From: an uncultured Candidatus Rokubacteria bacterium
GTDB lineage: Bacteria; Methylomirabilota; Methylomirabilia; Rokubacteriales; CSP1-6
Assembly (NCBI GenBank): GCA_963762145.1
Contig: CAVXJS010000021.1
Span: forward strand, 128,001 to 192,000
Direction of reading: 5' to 3'
DNA length: 64,000 bases
The notes beneath the pieces were generated by a model, which had not been told where the DNA came from, searched no databases, and saw only the letters and a program-made list of their open reading frames with translations. Shown here piece by piece: positions 20,156-33,993 of the stretch. Both the position numbers and the translations under genes were made by a program. Position 1 is the stretch's first letter. Each line of letters starts with the position of its first letter.

Positions 20156-22321
20156 GTGCAAGGGGCGTTCGCGCCGCGCGAGCTCGCGCGAGAGGTCTGC
20201 GAGCGCAGCGCCCGCCTGTTCCGATGGGCTCCCGGGCTGCCCGATCTGCGAGACGCCGCGCTCCTCCGGAGTCCGGTTGCCTGGTCGGCCCGTCTGAGCC
20301 AGGAATTCAAGGGGCTCCTCGTCGACGCGAGCGAGATCGTCGTGAACATCACGACGGACGGCCGTCTCCAGTCGGTGTACAACCAGTATCATTACGACAT
20401 CCCGCCGGATCTCGATCCCGCTCGGGTCACGATCGACCCGATCCAGGCCCGGCAGCTCGTCGCCCGCCTCGCCCGCGGATATCGCAACCGGGAGATCAGC
20501 CAGCCTCGCCTCCTCGTGCACCGGCACGAACCGATCGAGAAGGGCCCACCACCGCGGGGGCGTCGCCGACGGGCGCGGCGCCCCAGCGAGCGCGCCAGGT
20601 TCCTGGCCGCGGTGGGCGCGGAGCTCGCGCGAGGCCGGCGGCGGGGCCCGGGCCCCCGAGTCGGCGCCCACGTGCTCGCCTGGGACGTGAGACTCGACAC
20701 CACGCGACCACTTCATCGCTGGCGCATCCTGGTGGACGCGGTATCCGGGCGTCTCCTGGAGGTGCGCGATCTCCTCGCGTACGCGACCGGGCAGGCCAAG
20801 GTATTCGATCCGAATCCGATCGTCAGCAGCGGCGACCTCGGCCTGTCCTCGGCGACGTCTTCTACCAAGCTGAACGCCGAGCGGGTCAGCGTGACGCTCC
20901 TGCGCCTCGATCCCCCCCTCGCCGACGGCCGCCTTCGGCTCGACGGCGCGTGGGTGCGCATCCACGACTTTGGTGATCCGACCCCGGCGGAGCCCGCCAA
21001 CTCCACGGGGCATTTCGTGTTCAGCAGCAGCAGCCCGAGCTTCCTCGCCGCGATGGTCTATTTCCACATCGACCGGTTCCAGCAGTACGTCCAGACCGAC
21101 CTCGGGTTGTCGGGCGTTGGCAATCTCTCGGTGCCGGTGGACCCTCAGCTGGGTACCAGCGACGGCTCTCACGGGACGGGCGCCGGGCTCGGCCTCGGGG
21201 ACGATGCGGTGCCGGACGCCTCCGACGCGATGGTCATCCTCCACGAGTACGGCCACTTCCTGCAGGATCGAGTGAACCCGGGGTCGTCCGTCGGAAACTT
21301 CCCGAGCGGCGTCGGCGAGGGCTTCGGCGACTTCCTCGCCGCCGTCTACTACGACGACAAGCACACCAACCCGGCCGAGACCCGCGGGCTCATGTTCTCG
21401 TGGAACGCGAATCCAACCGAGAGCTCCGCGGGACGAAGCTACAAGCTCGCGGCGGCGAGCGAAACGGCCTGGGACGCGGGAGGGGGCTACGAGCGGGGCG
21501 CGCTCTGGTGCTCCACGATGTTCGAGCTCTATCGCAAGCTCGGCGGCGACTCGGCCCGGCCGGATCGCAAGGCCGCCGGCCGCGATCTGGCTATCCGGCT
21601 CCATATCCTCGCGAACATGCACGTGCTCGGGGAGAGCGCCACCGTGACCGAGATGGCACAGGAGATCGAGACGGCCGATTGGAAGATGGGCGGCTGGCGG
21701 TACCCCAACGGCCTGCACGGCAAGGTCATCCGCGACACCTTCCGTCTGCGCCACGTCCGCGAGTACTCCGCCCCGGCGGTGGACGTCTACGTCGATGACG
21801 GCCGGAACGGCGGCTACGGGTCCGCGAGCGGAAACGACATGTTCGAGGAGGTGCTCTGGAAGGAGCGCCACGATGACGCGACCGACGTCTGGGTGCGGAA
21901 CGTGGCGACTCCCGGCACGCCGGCGGACCATGTGGCGCGGCCCCGCGTCAATGCCCCGGCCTTCGTCTTCGCACGCGTCAGGAACCGCGGCGCGAGCGCC
22001 TCCGGGCCGATCACGGTGAGGGCATTCCGCCGCGCGCCGGGCCGGCCGGGTCGGTGGCCGGTCGACTGGACGGAGCTGGCCGGTCCGCCGGGCGCGATGC
22101 CGAGCACGATCCCCGCCGCGCCCGGGGGCGGAGTGATCGTCGGGCCCTTCCCGTGGACGCCCACCGCCGCCGGCAAGCAGGCCATCCTGGTGGTGGTCGA
22201 GAGCGCGGAGGACCGGGCGGTGACCCAGGACCTCGCCGCCGGCGCCCAGGTGGACTGGATGGACCTGGTGCCCTTCGACAACAACCTCGCGGTGCGCGAG
22301 GTGCGGGCTACGCGGGCGTGA
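20156..22321 (+). CDS. Zinc metallopeptidase of M36/M4-like (gluzincin) type; start uncertain
   Basis: PepSY-like WRILVDAVSG, VFDPNP, ILHEYGH, GEGFGD, C-terminal beta domain ending DNNLA. Confidence 0.8.
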   Translation: MQGAFAPRELAREVCERSARLFRWAPGLPDLRDAALLRSPVAWSARLSQEFKGLLVDASEIVVNITTDGRLQSVYNQYHYDIPPDLDPARVTIDPIQARQLVARLARGYRNREISQPRLLVHRHEPIEKGPPPRGRRRRARRPSERARFLAAVGAELARGRRRGPGPRVGAHVLAWDVRLDTTRPLHRWRILVDAVSGRLLEVRDLLAYATGQAKVFDPNPIVSSGDLGLSSATSSTKLNAERVSVTLLRLDPPLADGRLRLDGAWVRIHDFGDPTPAEPANSTGHFVFSSSSPSFLAAMVYFHIDRFQQYVQTDLGLSGVGNLSVPVDPQLGTSDGSHGTGAGLGLGDDAVPDASDAMVILHEYGHFLQDRVNPGSSVGNFPSGVGEGFGDFLAAVYYDDKHTNPAETRGLMFSWNANPTESSAGRSYKLAAASETAWDAGGGYERGALWCSTMFELYRKLGGDSARPDRKAAGRDLAIRLHILANMHVLGESATVTEMAQEIETADWKMGGWRYPNGLHGKVIRDTFRLRHVREYSAPAVDVYVDDGRNGGYGSASGNDMFEEVLWKERHDDATDVWVRNVATPGTPADHVARPRVNAPAFVFARVRNRGASASGPITVRAFRRAPGRPGRWPVDWTELAGPPGAMPSTIPAAPGGGVIVGPFPWTPTAAGKQAILVVVESAEDRAVTQDLAAGAQVDWMDLVPFDNNLAVREVRATRA

Positions 22322-23303
22322 TGACGGTCTTCGCGCCCCGCCCGGCGGTGGCGTGCGCGAAGGCTTCCTCGATGCGCGCGAGGGGGAACCGCGCGCCGAT
22401 CAGCCGCTTCACGCCCAGCTTCGGCAGCAGCGCGAGGGCGCGGCGGAAGGCGGTGCCGCGGCCGTAGGCGCCGTGGATGCGGACCTCGCGGAAGTGGATG
22501 TCGAAGAGATCCATCGGCAGGCGGCTGCCCTTGGGGTTGACGCCGACGAGCTGCAGCACGCCGGTCGGTCTCACCATGGCGAAGGCCTCCCCGACCAGCT
22601 CCGGCTTGCCCACCGCCTCGCAGACCACGTCCGCGCCGCGCCCCCCGGTGAGCGCCATCACGCGATCGTGGAGGCTCTCGAGGGTAGGATCCACCACCAC
22701 GCGGGCGCCGAGCTTGCTCGCGATCTGCCGCCGCTCCTCGAGCGGATCGGACAGGATGAGGCGCGCGGCCCCTCGGCGGCGGGCGATCGCCATCGTGAGG
22801 AGCCCCATGATGCCACCGCCCATCACCACCACCGTCGCGTTGCGCGGCATCGTGAACATCTCGAGCCCGGAGAGGCAGCACGAGGCGGGCTCCGCGAGCG
22901 CGGCGGTGACCGGATCGAGACCCTTGGGCAGGGGGTGCACGCAGTCGAGCGGCAGGGCCGCGCGCTCCGCGAAGCCGCCGACCCGCGTGGCCTTGGCGCA
23001 CTGGCTGATGCGGCCCTGCTTGCAGTGCAGGCACGCGCCGCAGCCGAAGCTCGGCTCGCAGGCGACGGCACGACCGATGAGTCGTCGGTTGACGCCGCGG
23101 CCGACCTCGCGCACCACGCCCGAGTACTCGTGGCCCATGATCATGGGCGGTGTCCACGGGAAGAGGCCCTGGGTCGCGTGCACGTCGGTGCCGCAGATGC
23201 CCGCGGCGGCCACGTCCACCACCACCTGCCCGGGGCCGGCGACCGGATCCGGCGCCTCGTCGAGAGTGAAGCGGCTGCCGCCGCGCCAGGTCGCGACCTT
23301 CAC
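22308..23303 (-). CDS. Zinc-dependent alcohol dehydrogenase (MDR family)
   Basis: GICGTD, GHEYSG, CGACLHC..C, GGGIMG; GTG overlaps the upstream stop. Confidence 0.92.
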   Translation of the reverse strand: MKVATWRGGSRFTLDEAPDPVAGPGQVVVDVAAAGICGTDVHATQGLFPWTPPMIMGHEYSGVVREVGRGVNRRLIGRAVACEPSFGCGACLHCKQGRISQCAKATRVGGFAERAALPLDCVHPLPKGLDPVTAALAEPASCCLSGLEMFTMPRNATVVVMGGGIMGLLTMAIARRRGAARLILSDPLEERRQIASKLGARVVVDPTLESLHDRVMALTGGRGADVVCEAVGKPELVGEAFAMVRPTGVLQLVGVNPKGSRLPMDLFDIHFREVRIHGAYGRGTAFRRALALLPKLGVKRLIGARFPLARIEEAFAHATAGRGAKTVITPA

Positions 23304-24409
23304 GGGCGCGCGGCGGCGGCGTGCTTCGAGAACTGCGGCATCACCTGGGTGGCGAGGAGCTCCATCGAGCGGCGCCACAGCGCGGGCTGATCCCAGTCGT
23401 GCCCGCCCATCAGGAGCGTGCCGAAGGGACCGGTCTCCTCGCGCAGAGCCACCAGCTGCTCCAGCACGCGGCGAGGGCTGCCCGCGATGACGAGGGCGCG
23501 CTTGATCATGTCCTCCGTCACGTCCTCGTCGGGGATGAGGAGGTCGGGCTTGAGCATGAACAGCGCCTTGCGTCCCTTCGAGAAGCTGTGGTGGAAGAAG
23601 TGGTAGTAGAACGAGAGCCCGTTGTCGGGATCGGCCAGGTACTCCTCGGCCTGCGCGTCGCTCTCGGTGACGAGCACGCTCCTCGAGACGCGCCAGATGC
23701 TCGGATCGGGCCGCCGCCCCACCCGCTCGCAGCCCTCGACGTACTTCTCCCAGTGCCCGCGCAGGTAGCGGCGGTGGAAGAACTGGCCCGAGATCGGGAT
23801 CCAGCCGCGCTCGCCCGCGGTGATCGCGCTGTTCGAGTTGGGCGTGAGCAGCGAGAGCGCGATCGGCGGGTGCGGCTGCTGGTAGGGCCGCGGCACGGTG
23901 CCGACCTTGAACTCGGGCCAGATCCCGTTCTTCAACGAGATCTTCCAGAACTTCCCGTCTATCTCGTAGGGCGGGTCCTGGGCCCACAGCTTGAGCACGG
24001 TCTCGATCGACTCGATGACCATCTGCGGGCGCAGCTCGGCCTGGCCCACGTCGAACATCTCCAGATCGCTCACGAGACCGCCGGGGCCGATGCCCATGAT
24101 GAAGCGGCCCCGGCAGAGCTGGTCGAACATGGCCGCGTGGGCGGCCACCGTGGCGGGGTGGAGCTGCGGCAGGTTGATGACCCCGGTGCCGAAGCGGATC
24201 TGGGTGGTGCGGGGAATCAGCGTCGCGAAGAAGATGAGGGGCGAGGTGATGCGCTCGCTCCACGATGAGAAATGCTCGCCCACGAAGGCCTCGGTGAAGC
24301 CGAGCCGGTCGGCCAGGACGATCGCCTCCTGATCCTCCTCGAGGATGGTGGCGTAGTCCCGATCCGGGTGATGGAACGGCATGGTGAACATGCCGAGCTT
24401 GACCGTCAT
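23300..24409 (-). CDS. LLM-class (luciferase-like) flavin-dependent oxidoreductase
   Basis: ADRLGFTEAFVGEH, IRFGTGV, GRFIMGIGPG, PRPYQQPHPPI, GSP. Confidence 0.92.
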   Translation of the reverse strand: MTVKLGMFTMPFHHPDRDYATILEEDQEAIVLADRLGFTEAFVGEHFSSWSERITSPLIFFATLIPRTTQIRFGTGVINLPQLHPATVAAHAAMFDQLCRGRFIMGIGPGGLVSDLEMFDVGQAELRPQMVIESIETVLKLWAQDPPYEIDGKFWKISLKNGIWPEFKVGTVPRPYQQPHPPIALSLLTPNSNSAITAGERGWIPISGQFFHRRYLRGHWEKYVEGCERVGRRPDPSIWRVSRSVLVTESDAQAEEYLADPDNGLSFYYHFFHHSFSKGRKALFMLKPDLLIPDEDVTEDMIKRALVIAGSPRRVLEQLVALREETGPFGTLLMGGHDWDQPALWRRSMELLATQVMPQFSKHAAAARP

Positions 24410-24443
24410 CGAGGCCTCCGTGGGCGCACGAGAATGTCTCCGA

Positions 24444-25049
24444 CTACTTCTTGGCGCCCAGCCTGGTCTCGAGCAGGAGCTTGACCTCGGCCGCCGCGGC
24501 ACGCCAGAGCGCGCCACCGGGCTTGTCGTACTCGGCCTGGACCTGGGCGCGGAACTCGTTCATCGCCGCGTCCTGCTGCTCCTTCGACGCGCCCTGGGGC
24601 ACCGCGCCGAGGGTGCGGGCGCGGATCCCGGAGGCCACGGTGGTCGCGCCGTGTGCGCGCTCGAGCCAGCGGCCGATCTCGTTCCAGTCCTTGTCGAAGA
24701 AGACGACCACCGGAATGGACTGGTAGCCGTTGTTCAGGAAGGCGTCGCGCAGGTCCGCGTTCTGGTCGCGCAGGAACACGCGCAGCTCGGCACCCGGCAT
24801 CGCCTCGACGATGTGCGCGATCAGGGGGGAGTTGCGGTGCACGTCGCCGCACCAGTTCTCGGCGAGCATCACGACGTACTTGACCCCGCTGACGGAGCTG
24901 AAGAACTTGCGCTCCTCGTCGGTCAGCTTGGAGTTGGCGTAGTTCCCTTCGGTCTTGGCCCGGGTGTCGCCCATCTGGGCCATGTAGTCCTTCCAGGTCT
25001 GGCCGGAGTTGAAGCGCTTCTCATCGAGAGGAATTCTGAGCTGAGCCAT
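24444..25049 (-). CDS. Thioredoxin-like protein (single-Cys WCGD type)
   Basis: AENWCGD, SIPVVVFFD, EIGRWLER. Confidence 0.85.
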   Translation of the reverse strand: MAQLRIPLDEKRFNSGQTWKDYMAQMGDTRAKTEGNYANSKLTDEERKFFSSVSGVKYVVMLAENWCGDVHRNSPLIAHIVEAMPGAELRVFLRDQNADLRDAFLNNGYQSIPVVVFFDKDWNEIGRWLERAHGATTVASGIRARTLGAVPQGASKEQQDAAMNEFRAQVQAEYDKPGGALWRAAAAEVKLLLETRLGAKK

Positions 25050-25100
25050 TTCGTTGTCCTCGCTTCGGTGTGAGGTTGTGGTTTGGGACGTTGCTTCGGT

Positions 25101-25145
25101 TTACGGCTCCTTCGATTACCGCTCCTTCGATTGCCGTTTACTACA
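25101..25145. repeat. 15-bp tandem repeat, 2 copies plus a degenerate third
   Basis: TTACGGCTCCTTCGA TTACCGCTCCTTCGA TTGCCGTTTACTACA. Confidence 0.7.
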
Positions 25146-25481
25146 ACAGCCTTTCACTGCTTTTCTTATGGTCGCCTCGCCTTCGGCTGCGGCTCCCCCT
25201 GCACTTCCACCTTCCATGGCCGCGAGGAGCATCACCTCGGCGCCGTCGCGGAGCGGGGTGGCGTGATCGGCCAGCTCGCCGTCCACCGCGGCGGTGAGAT
25301 CGGTCGCTGCGGTGATGCCGAGCGTGGCGAGCAGATCGCCCAGGTTGGCGCCGTCTGCCAGGGTGTGCCGCCAGGGTCCGTCGGGGCTCCCGGGCAAGAG
25401 CCGGCGCAAACCCGCGGACAGGATGACCGACACGCCGATCGTGCGGGCCTCGGTGCGCGCTGCGTCGTGAAGCCGGCTCAT
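25116..25481 (-). CDS. MoaD/ThiS-like ubiquitin-fold protein with extension after GG
   Basis: ANLGDLLATLGI, AVDGE, TPLRDGAEVMLLAAMEGG followed by 29 extra residues. Confidence 0.8.
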   Translation of the reverse strand: MSRLHDAARTEARTIGVSVILSAGLRRLLPGSPDGPWRHTLADGANLGDLLATLGITAATDLTAAVDGELADHATPLRDGAEVMLLAAMEGGSAGGAAAEGEATIRKAVKGCCSKRQSKER

Positions 25482-25514
25482 GGGGTGACCAGGGCGGAGT
25501 ATACTACGCCGCGA

Positions 25515-26261
25515 ATGAGCCGGCGGGATTGGTTCAAGCACTTCTTCGACGCGAGCTATGTCGCGGCGCTGCGTGAAGAAAAGCCCGTCGAGCAGACGCG
25601 CCTCGAGGTGGCCTTCGTGCTCCACAGTCTGCGCCCCCCCGAGGGTGCGCGCATCCTCGACCTGCCCTGCGGGTACGGCCGCCACGCGGCCCTGCTGGCG
25701 CGACATGGCTTTCGCGTGGTCGGCGTGGACCTCTCGCGGGCGATGCTCGCGGAGGCGCGACGCCGCTTCACCGAGGGGCCGCGTCTGCGCTTCCGGCGGG
25801 AGGACATGCGCCGCATCGCCTTTCGGGAGGAATTCGACGCGGTGGTCAATCTCTACACGAGCTTCGGCTACTTCACGCCCGCCCAGAACGTGGCCACCCT
25901 GCGCCGCATGGCGCGCGCGCTGCGGCCGGGCGGGCGGCTGCTGGTGGACCACCGGGATCCGACCTACGACGCGGGCCTGCCGCGCCGGCTCTGGTACCGG
26001 ACCGGGCGGAATCGATTCGTGCTCGAGGAGCGGCACTTCGATCGACGCACGAAGACGACGGACAGCACGCAGCTCATCGTCACCGCCGGGCAGCGGTGGG
26101 TGGCGCAGAGGACCCTGCGCGTTCAGGAGTTCTCGCTCGCTCAGTGGCGACGGATGCTCCGCGACGTCGGCCTGCGATTCCTCCGGGCCTATTCGGGATA
26201 CGATGGACGACCGTATCGCACGGGCTCGACGGGCCGGCTCATCTTGGTGGCCGAGAAGTAG
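25515..26261 (+). CDS. Class I SAM-dependent methyltransferase
   Basis: ILDLPCGYGRHA, GVDLS, DMR, FDAVVNLYTSFGYF, LRPGGRLL. Confidence 0.92.
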   Translation: MSRRDWFKHFFDASYVAALREEKPVEQTRLEVAFVLHSLRPPEGARILDLPCGYGRHAALLARHGFRVVGVDLSRAMLAEARRRFTEGPRLRFRREDMRRIAFREEFDAVVNLYTSFGYFTPAQNVATLRRMARALRPGGRLLVDHRDPTYDAGLPRRLWYRTGRNRFVLEERHFDRRTKTTDSTQLIVTAGQRWVAQRTLRVQEFSLAQWRRMLRDVGLRFLRAYSGYDGRPYRTGSTGRLILVAEK

Positions 26262-26272
26262 AGGAGGGGCGA

Positions 26273-26452
26273 ATGACGGAACGCAGGTCCGGCGCCACGC
26301 TCATGATGGCCGGGTTGATCGTCGCGTTCATTGGCCTGTGCATCGTGCTGGTGCAGGTCCTCCAGGTGCCACGCTACTGGGTGCCTCTGATGGTCGGAGT
26401 CGGGATCTTCCTCGTCGGCCTCGTCCGGTGGCTCACCGCGCGCGATTCGTAG
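26273..26452 (+). CDS. Small two-TM membrane protein
   Basis: SD GAGGAGG; 59 aa with two hydrophobic segments. Confidence 0.7.
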   Translation: MTERRSGATLMMAGLIVAFIGLCIVLVQVLQVPRYWVPLMVGVGIFLVGLVRWLTARDS

Positions 26453-26462
26453 TAGCGACGCC

Positions 26463-26491
26463 TTGACAGGCGGGGCCTCGCGGCGTAGCAT
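26463..26491 (+). promoter_or_regulatory. Sigma70 promoter of pyr operon
   Basis: TTGACA-17 nt-TAGCAT. Confidence 0.8.
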
Positions 26492-26510
26492 ACGAGCACA
26501 TCACGATTCA

Positions 26511-27167
<657 letters not shown>

Positions 27168-27171
27168 GACG

Positions 27172-28098
27172 ATGAGCTGGAAGCGCAAGGATCTGCTCGG
27201 CATGCAGGACCTCGACGCGGCCGAGATCATCGACGTGCTCGACACCGCCTCGTCGATGAAGGAGATCGCGGCCCGCGAGATCAAGAAGGTTCCCACCCTT
27301 CGGGGCAAGACGGTGGTGAATCTCTTCTACGAGTCGTCGACCCGCACCCGGACCTCCTTTGAGATCGCGGGCAAGTGGCTCTCCGCGGACGTGATCAACT
27401 TCTCCGCCTCCGGCTCGAGCGCGGACAAGGGCGAGAGCCTGCTCGACACCGCGCGCAACATCGAGGCCATGAGCCCGGACGTGGTGGTGGTGCGTCACAA
27501 GGCGGCGGGTGCCCCCGCCCTGCTGGCCCGGCACCTGCGCTGCGGGGTGATCAACGCGGGCGACGGCGCCCACGAGCACCCGACCCAGGCCCTGCTCGAC
27601 CTCATGACGATCCGCGAGAAGAAGGGGCACCTCGAAGGCCTCAACGTCACGATCGTGGGCGACATCACCCACAGCCGCGTCGCGCGCTCCGACATCCACG
27701 GCATGCGGAAGATGGGCATCACGGTGACGGTGGCGGGCCCGCCCACGCTGATCCCGGCCCAGTGCCAGGAGCTCGGCGTGAAGGTCAGCCACCGCCTCGA
27801 GGAAGCGATCGCCCACGCCGACGTGATCATGATGCTGCGCCTGCAGCACGAACGGATGCAGGGCGGCTTCATCCCGTCGCTGCGCGAGTACTCGCGGGTG
27901 TGGGGGCTCTCCCTGGCCAAGCTCGAGCACTGCCGGCCCGACGTCCTGATCATGCACCCGGGCCCGGTGAACCGCGGCGTCGAGCTGGCCCCCGAGGTGG
28001 CGGACAGCGCCTACTCGGTCATCCTCGACCAGGTCTCCAACGGAGTGGCCGTTCGGATGGCGGTGCTCTACATGCTGGCCGGGAGCAAGGGCGCATGA
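27172..28098 (+). CDS. pyrB: Aspartate carbamoyltransferase
   Basis: [30 protein letters not shown]. Confidence 0.98.
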   Translation: MSWKRKDLLGMQDLDAAEIIDVLDTASSMKEIAAREIKKVPTLRGKTVVNLFYESSTRTRTSFEIAGKWLSADVINFSASGSSADKGESLLDTARNIEAMSPDVVVVRHKAAGAPALLARHLRCGVINAGDGAHEHPTQALLDLMTIREKKGHLEGLNVTIVGDITHSRVARSDIHGMRKMGITVTVAGPPTLIPAQCQELGVKVSHRLEEAIAHADVIMMLRLQHERMQGGFIPSLREYSRVWGLSLAKLEHCRPDVLIMHPGPVNRGVELAPEVADSAYSVILDQVSNGVAVRMAVLYMLAGSKGA

Positions 28099-29369
28099 AC
28101 CTGCTGATCAAGGGCGGGCGCGTGGTCGATCCGGCCGGCGCCACCGACGCGGTCCAGGACGTCTGGATCGCGGACGGCCGCATCCACAAGGTCGGCCGGG
28201 GCCTGAAGCCGCCCGCGGGCGCCGAGACGGTGGACGCGACCGGCAAGGTGGTGTGCCCGGGCTTCATCGACATCCACGTGCACCTGCGCGAGCCGGGCTT
28301 CGAGTACAAGGAGACCATCGCGAGCGGCACGCGGGCCGCCGCGGCGGGCGGCTTCACCGCGGTCGCGTGCATGGCCAATACCTTCCCGGTCAACGACAAC
28401 CGCGCGGTCACCGACTACATCCTGGCCCGCGCGAAGGTGGAGGGCGTCGTCCGCGTGTACCCCATCGGCGCGGTGACCCGCAACCTCGAGGGCAAGCAGC
28501 TCGCGGAGCTGGCCGAGCAGGCCGAGGCCGGCTGCGTGGCCTTCTCCGACGACGGCAAGTGCGTGATGAACGCCGAGCTGTACCGCCGGGCGATGGAGTA
28601 CGCCCTGCCCTTCGGCGTGCCGATCATCAGCCACGCGGAGGACTGCGAGCTCGCGCACCGCGGGGCCATGCACGAGGGGTTCGTGTCCACCGACCTCGGG
28701 CTCACCGGCCAGCCCGCCGCCGCCGAGGACGTGATGGTGGCGCGCGACATCATCCTCGCCGAGCTGACCGGCGCGCACCTCCACATCGCGCACATCTCCA
28801 CCGCGGGCGCGGTGCGGCTCGTGCGCGACGCCAAGGCGCGCGGCGTCCGGGTGACCGCGGAGGTGACCCCGCATCACCTGCTGCTCACCGACGAGGTCGT
28901 GCGCAGTTACGACTCCAACTGCAAGATGGCGCCTCCGCTGCGCGGCAAGCGCGACGTCGAGGCGTGCCTGGAAGCCCTGGTGGACGGCACCATCGACTGC
29001 GTGGCCACCGACCACGCGCCGCACGCGCTCTCCGAGAAGGAAGGCGAGTTCGCGGAGGCCGCCAACGGCATCGTGGGCCTCGAGACCGCGGTCCCCCTGC
29101 TCCTCGATCGCCTCGTGCGGCCCGGGGTGCTCGATCTCCCGACCCTCGTGACCCGGCTCAGCACCGGTCCCGCGCGGCTCCTGAACCTGCCCGGCGGCAG
29201 CCTCGCGCCCGGCGCCGCCGCCGACGTCACGATCCTCGACCTGGAGCGGAGATGGACGGTGGATCCGGCCGCGTTCCGGTCGCGCGGCCGCAGCACGCCG
29301 TTCGCGGGACTCACCGGCGCGGGCGCGCCGTGGATGACCCTGGTCGGCGGCGTCAAGGTGGCGTCGTGA
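28095..29369 (+). CDS. pyrC: Dihydroorotase (class I)
   Basis: [29 protein letters not shown]. Confidence 0.97.
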   Translation: MNLLIKGGRVVDPAGATDAVQDVWIADGRIHKVGRGLKPPAGAETVDATGKVVCPGFIDIHVHLREPGFEYKETIASGTRAAAAGGFTAVACMANTFPVNDNRAVTDYILARAKVEGVVRVYPIGAVTRNLEGKQLAELAEQAEAGCVAFSDDGKCVMNAELYRRAMEYALPFGVPIISHAEDCELAHRGAMHEGFVSTDLGLTGQPAAAEDVMVARDIILAELTGAHLHIAHISTAGAVRLVRDAKARGVRVTAEVTPHHLLLTDEVVRSYDSNCKMAPPLRGKRDVEACLEALVDGTIDCVATDHAPHALSEKEGEFAEAANGIVGLETAVPLLLDRLVRPGVLDLPTLVTRLSTGPARLLNLPGGSLAPGAAADVTILDLERRWTVDPAAFRSRGRSTPFAGLTGAGAPWMTLVGGVKVAS

Positions 29370-30495
29370 CCCGGCCGGTCCTGCTCGCGCTCGCCGACGG
29401 GCGCGTCTTCCGCGGCGAGGCCCTGGGCGCCGCGGGCGAGGCCACGGCGAGGTCGTGTTCAACACGTCGATGACCGGCTACCAGGAGATCCTCACCGATC
29501 CGTCCTACCGCGGGCAGATCGTCTGCATGACCTATCCCCTGATCGGCAACTACGGCATCAATCCGGAGGACGTCGAGTCGCGGCGGCCCTGGCTGGCCGG
29601 CTTCATCGTGAAGGAGGCCTGCCCGTTCCCTTCGAGCTGGCGCGCCCGGGTGTCGCTCGACGACCTACCTGCGCGAGAACGGGATCGTCGGGATCCAGGG
29701 CCTCGACACGCGGGCGCTGACCCGGCACCTCCGCGACCACGGCGCCCAGGAGGGCATCATCTCCACCGAGGAGCCCGACGCGACGCGGCTCGCGGAGCGG
29801 GCGCGGGCCCTGCCCGGCCTGCTCGGGCGCGACCTGGTCACCGAGGTGAGCGTGACACAGCCCCACGGCTGGGACGAGGCGCCGTGGGACCTGGCGCGCG
29901 GCTACACGACGCCGCCCGCCCCCCGCTTCAAGGTCATCGCGTTCGACTCGGGGATCAAGCAGAACATCCTGCGCTGCCTCGCCGGGCTCGGCTGCCAGGT
30001 CGAGGTGGTGCCCGCGGACACGACGCGCGGCTGCGGTCCTCGAGCGGAAGCCGGACGGCGTCTTCCTCTCCAACGGGCCCGGCGACCCCGAGGCGGTGCC
30101 GTACCTCATCGAGACCGTGCGCGGGCTGGTCGGGAAGACGCCGATCTTCGGCATCTGCCTGGGCAACCAGATCCTCGGCTTGGCGCTCGGCGGCAACACC
30201 TACAAGCTCAAGTTCGGCCATCACGGCGCCAACCACCCGGTGAAGGACCTCGCCACCGGGCGCGTGGAGATCACCGCGCAGAACCATGGCTTCGCGGTGG
30301 ACCCGACGTCGCCTGCGCGAAGCCGGGCTGGAGGAGACCCACGTGAACCTCAACGACGGCACGTCGGAGGGGATGCGGCACCGCGAGCTGCCGGTCTTCG
30401 CCGTGCAGTACCACCCGGAGGCCTCGCCCGGGCCCGCACGACTCGCACTACCTGTTCCGTCGCTTCGCTGACCTGCATGGACGAAGGGAGGGTGA
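29366..30495 (+). CDS. carA: Carbamoyl-phosphate synthase small chain (several frameshifts; end approximate)
   Basis: [46 protein letters not shown] across shifted frames. Confidence 0.93.
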
Positions 30496-30499
30496 ACCG

Positions 30500-30766
30500 A
30501 TGCCCAAATATCTCATCGCCTATCGCAAGACCGAGGAATCGGGCCAGAAGCCGGACTGGGCGGTCTTCACGACCGACAGCGAGCTGAGCCTCGAGGCGCA
30601 CGCGGTGAAGGAGCGCGTCGAGAAGCGCATGAGCGTGCTCGGCGAGAAGCTGTGGGGCAACGGAGAGGCCACCTGGATCGGCAACGGCCGCCTCGACGAC
30701 GTGCTCTACCGGCGGGACGAGGCCACCCCCGAGACGTCCATCGTCTACGGGTTGATCGACGCCTAG
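30500..30766 (+). CDS. Hypothetical 88-aa protein between carA and carB
   Basis: SD GGGAGG, intact ORF with protein-like composition. Confidence 0.7.
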   Translation: MPKYLIAYRKTEESGQKPDWAVFTTDSELSLEAHAVKERVEKRMSVLGEKLWGNGEATWIGNGRLDDVLYRRDEATPETSIVYGLIDA

Positions 30767-30774
30767 GAGCCCGC

Positions 30775-33979
<3,205 letters not shown>

Positions 33980-33993
<14 letters not shown>

